A DNA stretch of 64,000 bases from assembly GCF_009914755.1 (NCBI RefSeq), contig NC_060941.1, one strand, 5' to 3'. Below are positions 53,541 to 64,000 of this stretch, piece after piece. Position 1 is the stretch's first letter. Each line of letters begins with the position of its first letter. The notes under the pieces were generated by a model. The model was not told where the DNA came from. It searched no databases and worked only from the letters and a program-made list of their open reading frames with translations. Position numbers and translations under genes: made by a program. Source of the stretch: the human T2T-CHM13v2.0 reference genome, Homo sapiens.

Positions 53541-54619
53541 ACTATTAATTAATAATAGAGGATGGACCCAACCACAGCTGCCCACTCTGTCCTACTCCTA
53601 CTCCATGAGGCCTCCTGGCTTTCAGGGTGGGAGTGGAGACCTGAGGAGATAATCCCCTTTGCCTGCCCCAGGGAGAGGCACAGCAGGCAGGGCCAGGCCA
53701 ACCCTGAGGGGCCAGGAGCCAACTGCCAGGCTGACATGCAGAGGCAGCCAGCCGGCAGGGCTCATAAACGGCCCAGTTACATTTATAGCTGTGTTCTTAT
53801 TAAGCACCAGGAGAGGAGAGATGAATCATACCCCCTCCTCCCACCCACAGCCTGGGGAGGTGGAGGCCACCAGCCGGCCTGGCCTTAAATCTCAGGAAAC
53901 TTTAAAGTCACAAATGCTCAGGGCCAGCCCTGCATCACCAGGGACAGCAGAGAGGAATGCAGGCTGCTCCGGCATTCATGTCCCATGGGGTCCAGGCCAA
54001 GGGCAAGGCGTGGAGGAAGGCGGGGGCTCCCTGAGAGGTCCTGGGAACAGGATCCTCAATTCAGACGTGCACTCAACATTGTGTGACTTTGAGACAGTCA
54101 AATGACCCCTCTGGAACTTTGGGCAGCATGCTTTACCTTAATTAACAGAATCCAGGTGTTTCTGGGGGCACGCCCCTCAATCCTCCCATGTTACAGAAAG
54201 GCAAAGCAGAACCTGGAGGCGACCCTGGCCACCAGAACCCCAATAACTGTGCCCTGAAAGGTCAGTGGTGCAGCAGGCTGGCAGACTGTACATGGCCTTG
54301 AAAGGGAGGTCAGGGATGGCATTTATGGCCACGTCATCAGGGTGTTCTCACCCAACCCTGACTCAGGAGCCATGATGCCTGTCACCCTCCTATAGCAGGG
54401 TGTGCTGGGTGCTTGAAAAATGTCTGCCCCCACCACCATGCTCACTTCCCTGAATAGCAGAAAGGTGAGGAATGCTGTACCCATTTTACAGAGGGAGTAA
54501 CTAGAATTCGAACTGTTGCCAAGACTAAAACGTGGATGGGGCCGCCTTCACACCTAGGGCCTCTTTAACTTTCTCTCTCTTTTTTCTTGTATGTGTAATT
54601 GATTTCAGTGAGATTTATT

Positions 54620-54842
54620 AGGATTTTTAAACCCTTTTTATTGTGAAATATAACACAAATACCAAAAATTGAATAACCCATAAATGTAGAGCTTAATAAG
54701 TTATACAAAGTGAACACCCAGGAAACCACCTCCCAGGTCCCAGGAAACAGGACTTTGCCAGTGTGCCAGAGCCACCCATGCAGCCTGTCCCGAGGCCAGT
54801 TCCTCCCTCCCTGCTCAGGGAACCACATCCCAGCCTTCATGG
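54620..54842 (-). mobile_element. L1ME-like 3' fragment
   Basis: 'tttattgtgaaatataacaca...aaagtgaacacccaggaaaccacctcccagg'. Confidence 0.65.
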
Positions 54843-55004
54843 GAGGCTCCTACGGTAAGCCCAGGCTCCTGGAATTCAGGAGAATTGAGAGCACTGAATA
54901 GGAAGGCGAGAGTCACGGCTTCCAGGTCCACCTCCTCTCGGGGCCTCAGTTTCCTCTTCTGCAAAGTGAAGAATTGGACCTCTCCAGCCCAGTCTAGAAT
55001 CCTA

Positions 55005-55223
55005 AACCAGCAAGAAGACAATTTGTCTGGGATGATGGGTACTGATCAGAGGGTGCCTGGATACCCGTTCATAGAATAACCAGCAAGAAGACAATTCGGC
55101 TGGGGTGATGGGTGGGGATCAGAGGGTGCCTGGATACCCCTTCATAGAATAACCGGCAAGAAGACAATTCGGCTGGGGTGATGGGTGGGGATCAGAGGGT
55201 GCCTGGACACCCCTTCATAGAAT
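55005..55223. repeat. Tandem repeat, 3 x 73 bp
   Basis: Units start at 55005, 55078 and 55151 (AACC(A/G)GCAAGAAGACAATT...TTCATAGAAT). Confidence 0.95.
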
Positions 55224-55639
55224 GCGCTTCCTTCCTCCTCATCCCTGGGAGGAGGTGGTGTTCTCTCACCACACCCAGAGGCTGTGACTAGGAGGAGCCT
55301 CTTTCTGCCTGCCACGGAGATGGAGTTTTGGGGTTTTCTGCTTGGAGATCTGTGGGGAGCCTGGGAGCTACTCAGTTCTTTGGGCTTATCCCCCACCCCC
55401 ACCAGGGAGCCTAGTGTCTAGTTTTGAGTAATTCCCCAGAAGCCAAGCCGAGTTCATCCTTCCTGCTTCCCATCAAGACCTCTGATGTGACTTTGGGACC
55501 CCTGCCCGCCTGCACCTCTCCTGGGAGGGCTGAGCCAGCTGCACAGGGCTCTGCAGCCTGGGTGCTGGGAACTATATGCCTGTGGGGAGGAAGAGGAGAA
55601 AGAAGAAGGAGGAAGGGAGAGGGAGGGCAGGTTGGACCA

Positions 55640-55870
55640 GCATTCCCTGAGCCCCTACTGTGTGCCAAGCACCGCAGAGGCACTTGGCATTCATGATCTG
55701 GTTTCATCAGCCTCCTCATGTGGAAGAAATACTAATATCTTCGTCTTCCAAAGGAGGACACTGAGGCTGAGTTTAAGCATCTTGCCCAAAGTGGCACCTC
55801 TAGGAAAAGGCAGAGGCAGGCTTAGAAACAAGCCCCTCTGACTCCAGAGCTCTTCATTTTCACTCCACAC
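55640..55870 (-). mobile_element. MIR
   Basis: 'ctactgtgtgccaagcac...gaggacactgaggctgag...cttgcccaaag...tctgactccagagc'. Confidence 0.7.
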
Positions 55871-56143
55871 CCAGCCCTGGCACAGAATCAAGAGAGGAAG
55901 TCAAGTGAGTCCTGAGGCCTCACTCCCTCCTTCCGTGGCTGTGAGCGCCATGGTGCTGATGAATGAAGGGGCTGGATAAATTAGCACAGGAAGTCAGTGA
56001 TGATGAAGGTGAAATGAATTGGAAGGAAGAATGAGAGTTGGGGTGGGGTGAGGCAGGCGAGAGTTCAGAGAACAGAGCAGTTTCCAGCTGGGAGGACTAG
56101 GGAAATAGTGGAACCAAACTCCACGACAGAGAAAAGCAGGTTA

Positions 56144-56421
56144 GGCCAGGCATGGTGGCTCACGCCACCTAGCACTTTGAGAGGCCAAGGTGGGAGGATT
56201 GCTTGAGCCCAGAGTGCAATATGGTGAGACCTCGTCTCTACAAATAATACAAAAATTAGCCAGGTGTGGTAATGCACACCTGTGGTCCCAGTTACTTGGG
56301 AGGCTGAGATGAGAGGATCACTTCTGCCTGGGAGATCAAGGTTGCAGTGGGCCATGTTTGTGCCACTGTATTCCAGCCTGGGTGACAGACCAACACCCTG
56401 TATCATAAAAAGAAAAGAAAA
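56144..56421 (+). mobile_element. Alu (AluJ) with internal deletion
   Basis: Dimeric Alu; left arm lacks the 'ttcgagaccagcctgg' segment. Confidence 0.9.
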
Positions 56422-57904
56422 GAGAAGGTTTTGGGTGGCGGGTGTGCAGCAGGGGGTGCCAGGACTTGATTTGAAGACTTTCAACATCTTATTCACTTCT
56501 TTATCCCTTGCTAAGAACCTGCCTGAGAGGCCCTATTCACGTCGGATGGGCAGATGGGTAGGTGGAAGGTTGGTTGGAAGAGGGAGAGGTCAAGAAGTCA
56601 ACATATTTATGGCCAAGGGACTCTAGGTTTTTCCTTGCATTCCAGGTGGAGAGAGAAACATACATTTGGAGTAAGTACCCTACAAGTAAGTCACATCACC
56701 CAGAGATGCTTAACTGGGGTCTTGTGGATCTCCATTCCTGGATCTCCTCCCCCAGTCCTCCTCCTTCTCCCACGCGTGCCCTCCCACCCTCAACCCCTAT
56801 TTCCCGCCCCCCCCTTCCTCATTGCCCTCCAGAAACCAGAGGGGAACATGATTCTCAGAGACCAGGAACCATGGGTGTGAGCTCCAAACTCCTTTGCTCA
56901 TACCAGCAACTTCAGCCTGGTGAACCTGGGGCTCAGAGAGTGCTGGCATCCTGGTTGAAGACCCCCAGCAAGACCTGCTGCCAAAGTGAGACCAGACTAC
57001 CTGACCACTTAGCTTGTAGGGCTCAAGGCTGTGCTGGAGGAAAGGAGACCGCAGGGGCTTGCATTTTCTGTCTCTGGAAAACACTGAAACAAGCCAGCCT
57101 CCCAGCCACACTGAGCTCCTGCTGCCCAGCCTCAGTGAAGGCCATGGCTTCTCAGCAGCAAACTATGATTGCTCGTGTTGCCTTTCCTGCTGAATGATTT
57201 TAGTTTAATAATTTTGCATGATCTCGGCACAGCATGAAGAAAGAGTAGAGCCGAAGACACAGGGCTTATAGTGAGGGAAAAGGGGTAGAACCGGAATCTA
57301 AAGAGCTCCCTTCAATCTGACCTTGGCCAGTGACTGGAATTTCCAACCAACTGTTGCTGGTTACCACAAATGACAGCAGCCTCTCCCTCTGTGCATGGCT
57401 CTCAGTGGGTCCCCAAAAGGAAAAGGGCTCAGGGGTGGCTCACAGCCTCACGTGGTCATGGGTAGGTCCCACGTTGATCATCGTACCAGGCAGGCATTGC
57501 ACTAGAATTATCTCACTGAATCTCCACCACCTCCCCACACCTACCGCCCCCCAACACCTACCGCCCCCCCCACCCAACACACACATACCCAGGAAACAGT
57601 CATTGTCATCCCCATGTGCAATGAGGAAATGCATGGCACAGACTTGCCTGAGACCCCCACCCAGTAAGGGCTCATAGAGCCAAGGTCAAGCTCAGATTGA
57701 CAGACCTCAAACAGGATTGCCTTACACAGTTACACTTGGGTGTAAGTGAAGGCCTTACACCCAAACTGGGAGTGGAGAACTTTTTCCAAACTGGAAGGAG
57801 GCTCTAGGAGAGGAGCAGAGTCCAAGGGAGAAATTCAAGGTCTTTCCCTGGAAGAGGAAGAGTCAGAAAAGTAGGGCAGTTAGAAGATTTGGGAAAAAAA
57901 GCTG

Positions 57905-58060
57905 AATCACAATTTAGAGCTGCCAGGACTCTCACAGGGCTTGAAATCATCCCCTTCACTTTGCAGATGAATTTCACCATAACCCCAGAGAAGTCAAGCA
58001 CCTTGGCCAAGGTCACACAGCAGCAGATCTCTAACCACAGCCAAATGCTCCCAAATCCCA
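57905..58060 (-). mobile_element. MIR3
   Basis: 'ccccttcactttgcagatga...ttggccaaggtcacacagc'. Confidence 0.65.
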
Positions 58061-58609
58061 TGACCTTACATGGGATTGGGCCTCCCCCACCCACAAAGCC
58101 AGCCCAGCTCTAGCTCCCACAAGGTTAGGTCAGGTTGGGCCAGAGGATGGATGGCAGGTGCCCAGGCCAGGTCCAGGCAGGGAGGGTGGTTTCTCCTGCT
58201 GTCTCACCCCGGCTCATTACTATTCCTGGCATCATCCCCCTCACACCCCTTCCCGTGGAAACCCAGTGATGCCAAGAGCTGGAATTTGGACGTTTTCCAA
58301 GCATTTGGGCTGTTAATTAAAACTAATAAATCTGCCACTTGGAGTTGAGTTGAAGAGGAGAAAGGGAGAGGTAGGGGAGGGAGACAGGGACTGGGGTGTA
58401 GGATCCCCACACACACCCCTACAAGGGTCTCTTCCTTTCAATCCTGCCTCCTGAACTATTTTCTCTGTTGGCCACTTATTCATTCCACACTTGATTCTCC
58501 CAGCTGTCAGACCCTAACCTCTGCCTGAGTAAGCTCTGGTTTCTTCTAAAGAGACACAAAAGACGTGCTTCCAAGTCAGGGGCGGGCCTGTCATTCCCTG
58601 CCACTCCAT

Positions 58610-58810
58610 GGGACTGGGCAAAAAGCACGAGACCCAGGTGGGGCAGACCTGGGTTCAAATCCCAGAGTTGCCCTTTCTAGCCACGTGACCTCTGGGGAGC
58701 CACTTCACCTCTCCAGGTGTCCCCTTCCTCACCTTGAAAATGCAGACTGTTAATTCCTACTTGCAAAGATGTAGGTTCTTGCAAAGATGACATGAGAAAG
58801 TATGCAAAAT
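58610..58810 (+). mobile_element. MIR
   Basis: 'gcagacctgggttcaaatccca...gtgacctctggggagccacttcacctctc'. Confidence 0.75.
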
Positions 58811-59159
58811 AGCCTGTTGCTGACCATTCAGTGATCTCGCTCTGTGATCTGTTCTGATCTCCACTTCCTTTTTCTCATCTCCCCTGACTCTCAGAGGTTC
58901 CCATAAACGATTGCATGTTGTGAAATGATATGAATAGCAGTAATGTCACCTTATATCTGTAAAGCAAATTTCAAACTCTCCCATAGTTTAGAACTCTCTC
59001 TCTAAGCTATGGGGTGCCATGTCTACATCCATATAGCCCACGCACAAAGCCATGCACTATCCAGGCAATGACAGTGGTGTATTCATCTTTATTTTTTCAG
59101 TGCCCACCACAGTGCTAGACGCATAGGGATGGATGAAAGAAGTGCTTTCATACCTGGAG

Positions 59160-59600
59160 GGGACATCTGTTCCACTTGTCTGCCCAGTGCTCTGTCTCCT
59201 TCATCTAGTAACAAACAGCTCCCTTCTGCTTAGAGAACTGCTTCTCCTCTCTCGTACAGTGTGTTCCTTTTCTCTCCTGCTACACAGGTGGCCATGTGAC
59301 CATGTTGGTCTAATCAGAGCCTTCTCTAGGATTTTTCTTCCTGAGACTGGTGAGGAGGCTTCTTTCCTGTTCAGACATGAGGACAGCGGGTAGGTGGAGC
59401 TGCCTGTGAGCATGCCTCCAGCCTTTCTCATGGCAAAGATGAAGTCATGCACAAAGAGACAGAGATGAGAGACAAAAAGCAGGTGCCTAGCTCCGCTGGC
59501 TTCAGCCCTCCTATGATCAAGTGATATGAGCCTATGAATTTCCTATTTCTTCATTAAACATAATTGAGCAGGGACTCTGCCATTCACAGCCTTTGACTCA
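59160..59600 (+). mobile_element. Old ERVL/MaLR-type LTR fragment
   Basis: 'ggtggccatgtgacc...gtctaatcagagc...cagagatgagagac...gagcctatgaatttcc...tctgccattcaca'. Confidence 0.45.
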
Positions 59601-59609
59601 CACAATATC

Positions 59610-59965
59610 TATCATCTCATTTCATCTTCTCAATGACATCTCAAGCTGGGCCAGCAGAGATTGTTATTGCCATTTTACAGATGAGAAAGTCAAGTCTCAA
59701 GAAACTGAATTTATTTGCCAAGGCTGCAGAGCTGCTAATGATGGGATTAGAACTGATAACAAGTACTAATGTTTATTGAGAGTGGCAGGTGCTATGTTTA
59801 GGGGATACGCATTCTCCCACACCATCCTCTCAATAAGATGATGAAAGCACCAATATCAATATCTGCCTTTATACAGATGGGGCAACTGAGGTTGGAGCAG
59901 TTAAGTAAATTACCCAATGTCACAGCGAGTTATGGAGTCAGCCTAGGTCTATCTGCCCAGAATTG
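59610..59965 (-). mobile_element. Two MIR elements
   Basis: 'gccattttacagatgagaaa' and 'cagatggggcaactgagg...ttaagtaaattacccaatgtcacagc'. Confidence 0.75.
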
Positions 59966-60049
59966 AGGCCACCAGCCACCCACCTTCACTGCCCCCACAG
60001 CTGCCTTTCTGGGAGAGGAGTATCTCTGGGCGGTGGAAGACTAAGAGCA

Positions 60050-60760
60050 CAGAAATAATCAAATAACTGCTGCATGCACAGCTTTGTCCATGGGCTCAAG
60101 GATGCAGAAATGACCAGGCCAGGGACCCTACCCCAAAGGAACTCCCAGTCTAGAAGAGGGAACAAGGCATGTCCATAAATAGCCATGCTGTGAGGCTCAA
60201 GTACTTTGGGAACCCAGAGAACAGAGAGATGGCTCCAACTGGGGGAGAGGCAGGAGCAAGTGGCACTTAAACATGACCTTTCATATGGGCAGGATTTGGA
60301 CCTGTGGACACGGTGTGGCCATGGCAGGGTGAACATCACAAGCAGAGGAAAATGCATAAGCAAACACCTCAGGTGTTTTGGTAGGAAATCCAATGATTTT
60401 GTTAGCAGGAGAAAATGATCCCATTTTTCTGAAGGGTAGTGTGCATGAATGGGAAAAGACAAACAAAAGACCAGAGAAATCAATTAAAGACAACAAGTTG
60501 AGTGCCTTGGATGCCAAGATTAAAAGTTTGGGCTTTATTTGGCAAGCAATGGGGAGCCATTAAAGGTTTTTGAGCAGGACAATGTCATAGTCAGACTGGA
60601 ACAATAGTCTGGCAGCCACACATAAGACAGATTAGGAAAGGGCAAGGGCAGTTAGGAGGAGGCTATCAGGAAAGGCAGTAAAGGCAGAAGTAGGCCAGAA
60701 CAAGGCATGGGGGAGGGAACAGAAAGATGAATCCAATGACACCACAGAGGCAGACCCATC
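60050..60760 (-). mobile_element. L2
   Basis: 'gcagaggaaaatgcataagcaaa...gcaatggggagccattaaaggtttttgagcagg'. Confidence 0.75.
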
Positions 60761-61669
60761 AGAGAACAGTGTGGTGTGGTGGAAAGAGCTTATACTTGGG
60801 AATCAGGATGGACTTGAACCTGGACTGCCTGCCTCTAAGAGCTGATGTGCAGGGCACAGGGGACCATGAACAGGACAGCACATTGTGAACCGCAAGTGCA
60901 CTCGCTGATTCATTGATGCTGCCCCAGGAGCTAGAAGTCAGCTGACACCTGGTAAGTGGTCAGTGAATGCCGAGGGCATGATGGGAGGATGGATGGACAA
61001 GTGACTGAGTGAGGAGATGAGTCAGAGAAGGCTCTGTGAATGAAGGAACAAATGAATGAATGAGTAAAAGCAGCAGGGAAGAGAGGGAGGGAAGAGAGAG
61101 AGGCACAGCAGCTTCCAGAGTGCTCCTGGAGAAGGACTTGGCTTCAGAAACCTTTCTTCCATCTCCTCCAAACCCAGTCCCAAAGCTGACACAGCCTGGG
61201 CTGAGCCACAGTTTCCACAGCTGCAGGGCCTTAGCGCAAGGAGGGATGGAGGAGGAGGGACGGAAGGCTTAAACACGATGAGCTGCTTGCATGGCTCTGG
61301 GGTCCCTCCTCCTTCTAAGAAACAGAATTACTTACTTAGAAGGAAATCTTACTTAAAACCTAGTCAGCACTGCTGTGATTTAAGCCCCACTATACCAGGT
61401 TCCCCTCCAGCCCTGCTGGTTTTGGGCAAGGATGGAGGCCACTCCCAGGGCTGTGACCTCAATCAAGCCAGGGACCCCTTGGAGCCAGCGCTTCCTCAGT
61501 GTGGTCCAGGCCCAGGGGAACAGTGGGTAGGTGAAGCTGCCTCTGAGCATGCCTCCATGGTGTCAGAGCCTGTGTGGGGCCTGGGAGCTCAGGTTGGCTG
61601 CCCCCAGGAAGCCTTCCTATTGGGACCACTCCTTCCATTTCAGACAAATCACTCACCTGCCAGTCAGTA

Positions 61670-62225
61670 ATCAGCCCATAAATATTATTGGTACTGACAT
61701 TGTATACACATTCTCTCACTCGGTCTTCACAAAAGCACCATGAGGTCTCTTCCCATTTCACAGATAAAGAAACCTAGACTCATGAACTAACATTCCCAAC
61801 TTCACACAGTGGGTGGAGAATCTCATCCAACATGAGGCACAAACTGCTGATTGGTCACCTCCCAATGCCCTTCCCACATTTGTTCAACATAGGACTTGGA
61901 GGGGAGAACAAATGCAAATTAACATAACAATAAATCCCCCGCCATGAATGGAAAATGCCGTCCAGGCAGCAGGGCAAGCAGAGAGGTCCCCAAAACAATC
62001 ATCACGATGACAGTTAACATCATTGAGGCTTTCTCTTTGCCAGGCCCTCCTGTGCACTTGAAGCAAATCAACTCATCTAACTCCTTGGTAACAACACTCA
62101 GTATGTCCCCTTTTAATGGTAGGTCTCCAGGAAGGTAAGTGACTGGCCCAGGGTCACATGGCCAGGATAGGGCAGAGCCTGGACTCAAATCCAAGCAGTT
62201 CCACTCCAGAGCTAGTGGCCTAAAA
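61670..62225 (-). mobile_element. MIR fragments (~61670-61810 and ~62010-62225)
   Basis: 'cccatttcacagataaagaaac' and 'aagtgactggcccagggtcacatggcca...gagcctggactcaaatcca'. Confidence 0.6.
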
Positions 62226-63434
62226 ATCCCCAATCCCAAAATTACTCTGGGAGGACATCGTATCACTGCCCCTAAATTTTCTGGTTTGTTGAATGGCGAT
62301 AGTGACAGTGCTTGCCACACGGTGTCTTTAGGGAAAGCTCATCAGGAATATGGCTGTGGGGTACCCCCATAAACTGCCATGTACTGTAGAGTGGATCTTA
62401 CCGCTGTCCCTGGGGCTTAGGTGGCACTTTGGGAGGCATTTTTATTTTTAATTCAAAAGACAGGAGAGGAGTTGATGCAGGTGGATGGGAAGCCAAGTTG
62501 GGTGTATGAGACAAGAGAGGCAGAGACTCGGGAGGCAGCCGGACAGGAGGTGCTGTCAGAACTCAGTAGCCTGTGCTGATAAAGTGGTGAGTGGAGGCAA
62601 ACAGAAGTTGCTTCAGAGCAGACTAAGCCTGGATTTCAGGAAACCTGCTGTGTTACCTTGCACAAGTCACTACCCCTCTCTGGTCCCGGTTTTCTCCTTT
62701 GGAAGTAAAGTGAGGCAAAGAGGTAGGGACAGCGAAGAGTGGTGTGAAGATTCTCTCTAAGGTCATGTTCCATGTCACTGCACTATTTCACTTTACCTGA
62801 GAGCTAGCCCTCAGCACAGTGGAATACAGGAAACAGATTTGGGGTGGGGGTATGATACAACAGCCAGCCCTCCACACGTTTTGCTTCTGGAGACCCAGAA
62901 TCCAAGAAAAGGAAAATGCTCTGTTTCCACCCCACTCAGCTTGTACTCACCCCACCAACTCCCCAAGGTACCAAGAGGATGAGCATAGGAGAGATACCAG
63001 TTAAAGTCATGGATGTACTCACCCTCAGTTTCCTCACCTGAAAATGAAAATGACTATGGGGAGGGGGTGGTTTGGTTCTCTTCCAGCTCCACCAGCCTAG
63101 GGTTCTAGCATTCAAATGAAGCTGTTTTCCACTAGGTTATCTCTTTCTTTGGGGATAGATGTTGGGAGAGGGTGGGAGCAGTGCTAACTCAATTCTTCCT
63201 TGGGTAGAGCATCCTCTAGAGGGGGACAAGACTGGAGATGGGTGTGCTGTGGCTGCAGAGTACAGGATAAAGGAAGGGCTTTAATGTCTTCATGCAAATT
63301 GTGCATCAACTTGAGATAGAAATGCCACCTTCTCCAGGAAGCCCTCATGATTGTTCCCAGTACTGACTGTCTGAATGCATGTTCTCCCCTTCCTCCCATC
63401 TCAGCCCTCTCCTGTCTGGGTTCCCCCCTCACAA

Positions 63435-63458
63435 GTGTGTGTGCACGTGCACACACAC
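63435..63458. repeat. Perfect 24-bp palindrome GTGTGTGTGCACGTGCACACACAC
   Basis: Sequence equals its own reverse complement; centred on CACGTG. Confidence 0.95.
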
Positions 63459-63814
63459 ATATACACACAGGCACCTCCACCCTGCAAGCCCATGTCCTCC
63501 ACTGACTGACCACACGTTCCCACCAGGCCGGCCTCTGACCCTGGTCCAAGGCCTGCGGGAGAATCTGCAGAGTCAGGGCTCTGTCCTCTTTTCCAATTTC
63601 CTTCTGCTTTGATTTTGCAGGTTCTTTGATTGCCCATGGACTTTCAGGCTCAGGCAAAGGGCAGCTCTTTGCAAGGAAAAAAAATAATGGAAGAAAACCC
63701 TGGGAAATAAATGCAGACTCTGCTTCCTTCTCCAGCCCAACATTCTGACCAGGCTCAAAGAAAGATCCTGTGACCACGGGGTCCCTCAGAGGCCGCTTCT
63801 GATGTGCAAGGCTG

Positions 63815-64000
63815 CCAGTGTGTTAAAACAATGAAGATTTTGCCAAAATCAGCTTACAAAAAATTGTGCTATATATTACATCTTGAATATTAACAATTTA
63901 ATGCTTTAACAAAAAAATTACAATGTAATATAATTGCTATGTTAACAAGATAATTACAGGTTTATTTTTAATTAATTCATAATATGCTACAGATGGTGTG
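63815..64000. promoter_or_regulatory. Candidate neural/developmental enhancer (runs off the window end)
   Basis: Very AT-rich, no recognisable repeat; AACAAT x2, TAATTA, TAATTAATTCATAA, CAGATGG. Confidence 0.4.

Noticed and set aside
55945-55960. Third RE1 candidate (CCATGGTGCTGA)
   Set aside because: Only the TCAGCACC half-site is present; the GGACAG half is missing.
56562-57197. Longest ORF (211 aa), and similar ORFs at 6073-6645, 17814-18416 and 63184-63777
   Set aside because: No recognisable domain; several begin at non-ATG codons or overlap repeats; length is plausible by chance in GC-rich DNA.

Overview
Mammalian, almost certainly primate/human, non-coding DNA (Alu, L1PA and MST elements present), either intergenic or inside a large intron. 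I recognise no protein-coding exon, RNA gene, CpG island or processed pseudogene. The listed ORFs are repeat-derived, low-complexity or chance. A large part of the window is interspersed repeats: 14 Alu/FRAM elements, many MIR and L2 fragments, MST/MLT1/LTR47-type solo LTRs, MER5A and MER104 DNA transposons, three 5'-truncated L1PA insertions, and an ~8 kb old L1M element (~39985-47990) with five nested insertions. Best leads: (1) an L1PA7/8-like insertion carrying a 135-bp 3' transduction inside an MST LTR (34559-35170); (2) a near-perfect REST/RE1 site overlapping a perfect CNC-sMAF/ARE site (826-850), plus a second RE1 at 3246-3266; (3) a cryptic, highly degenerate ~20-bp tandem array (~28870-29660); (4) several repeat-free AT-rich islands rich in homeodomain/POU/SOX motifs that resemble developmental enhancers; (5) a (GGAA)13 microsatellite and a 3x73-bp tandem repeat. 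Repeat names come from recalled consensus sequences, not a search. Boundaries of old repeats are approximate, and all regulatory calls are motif-level inference. The locus could not be identified.
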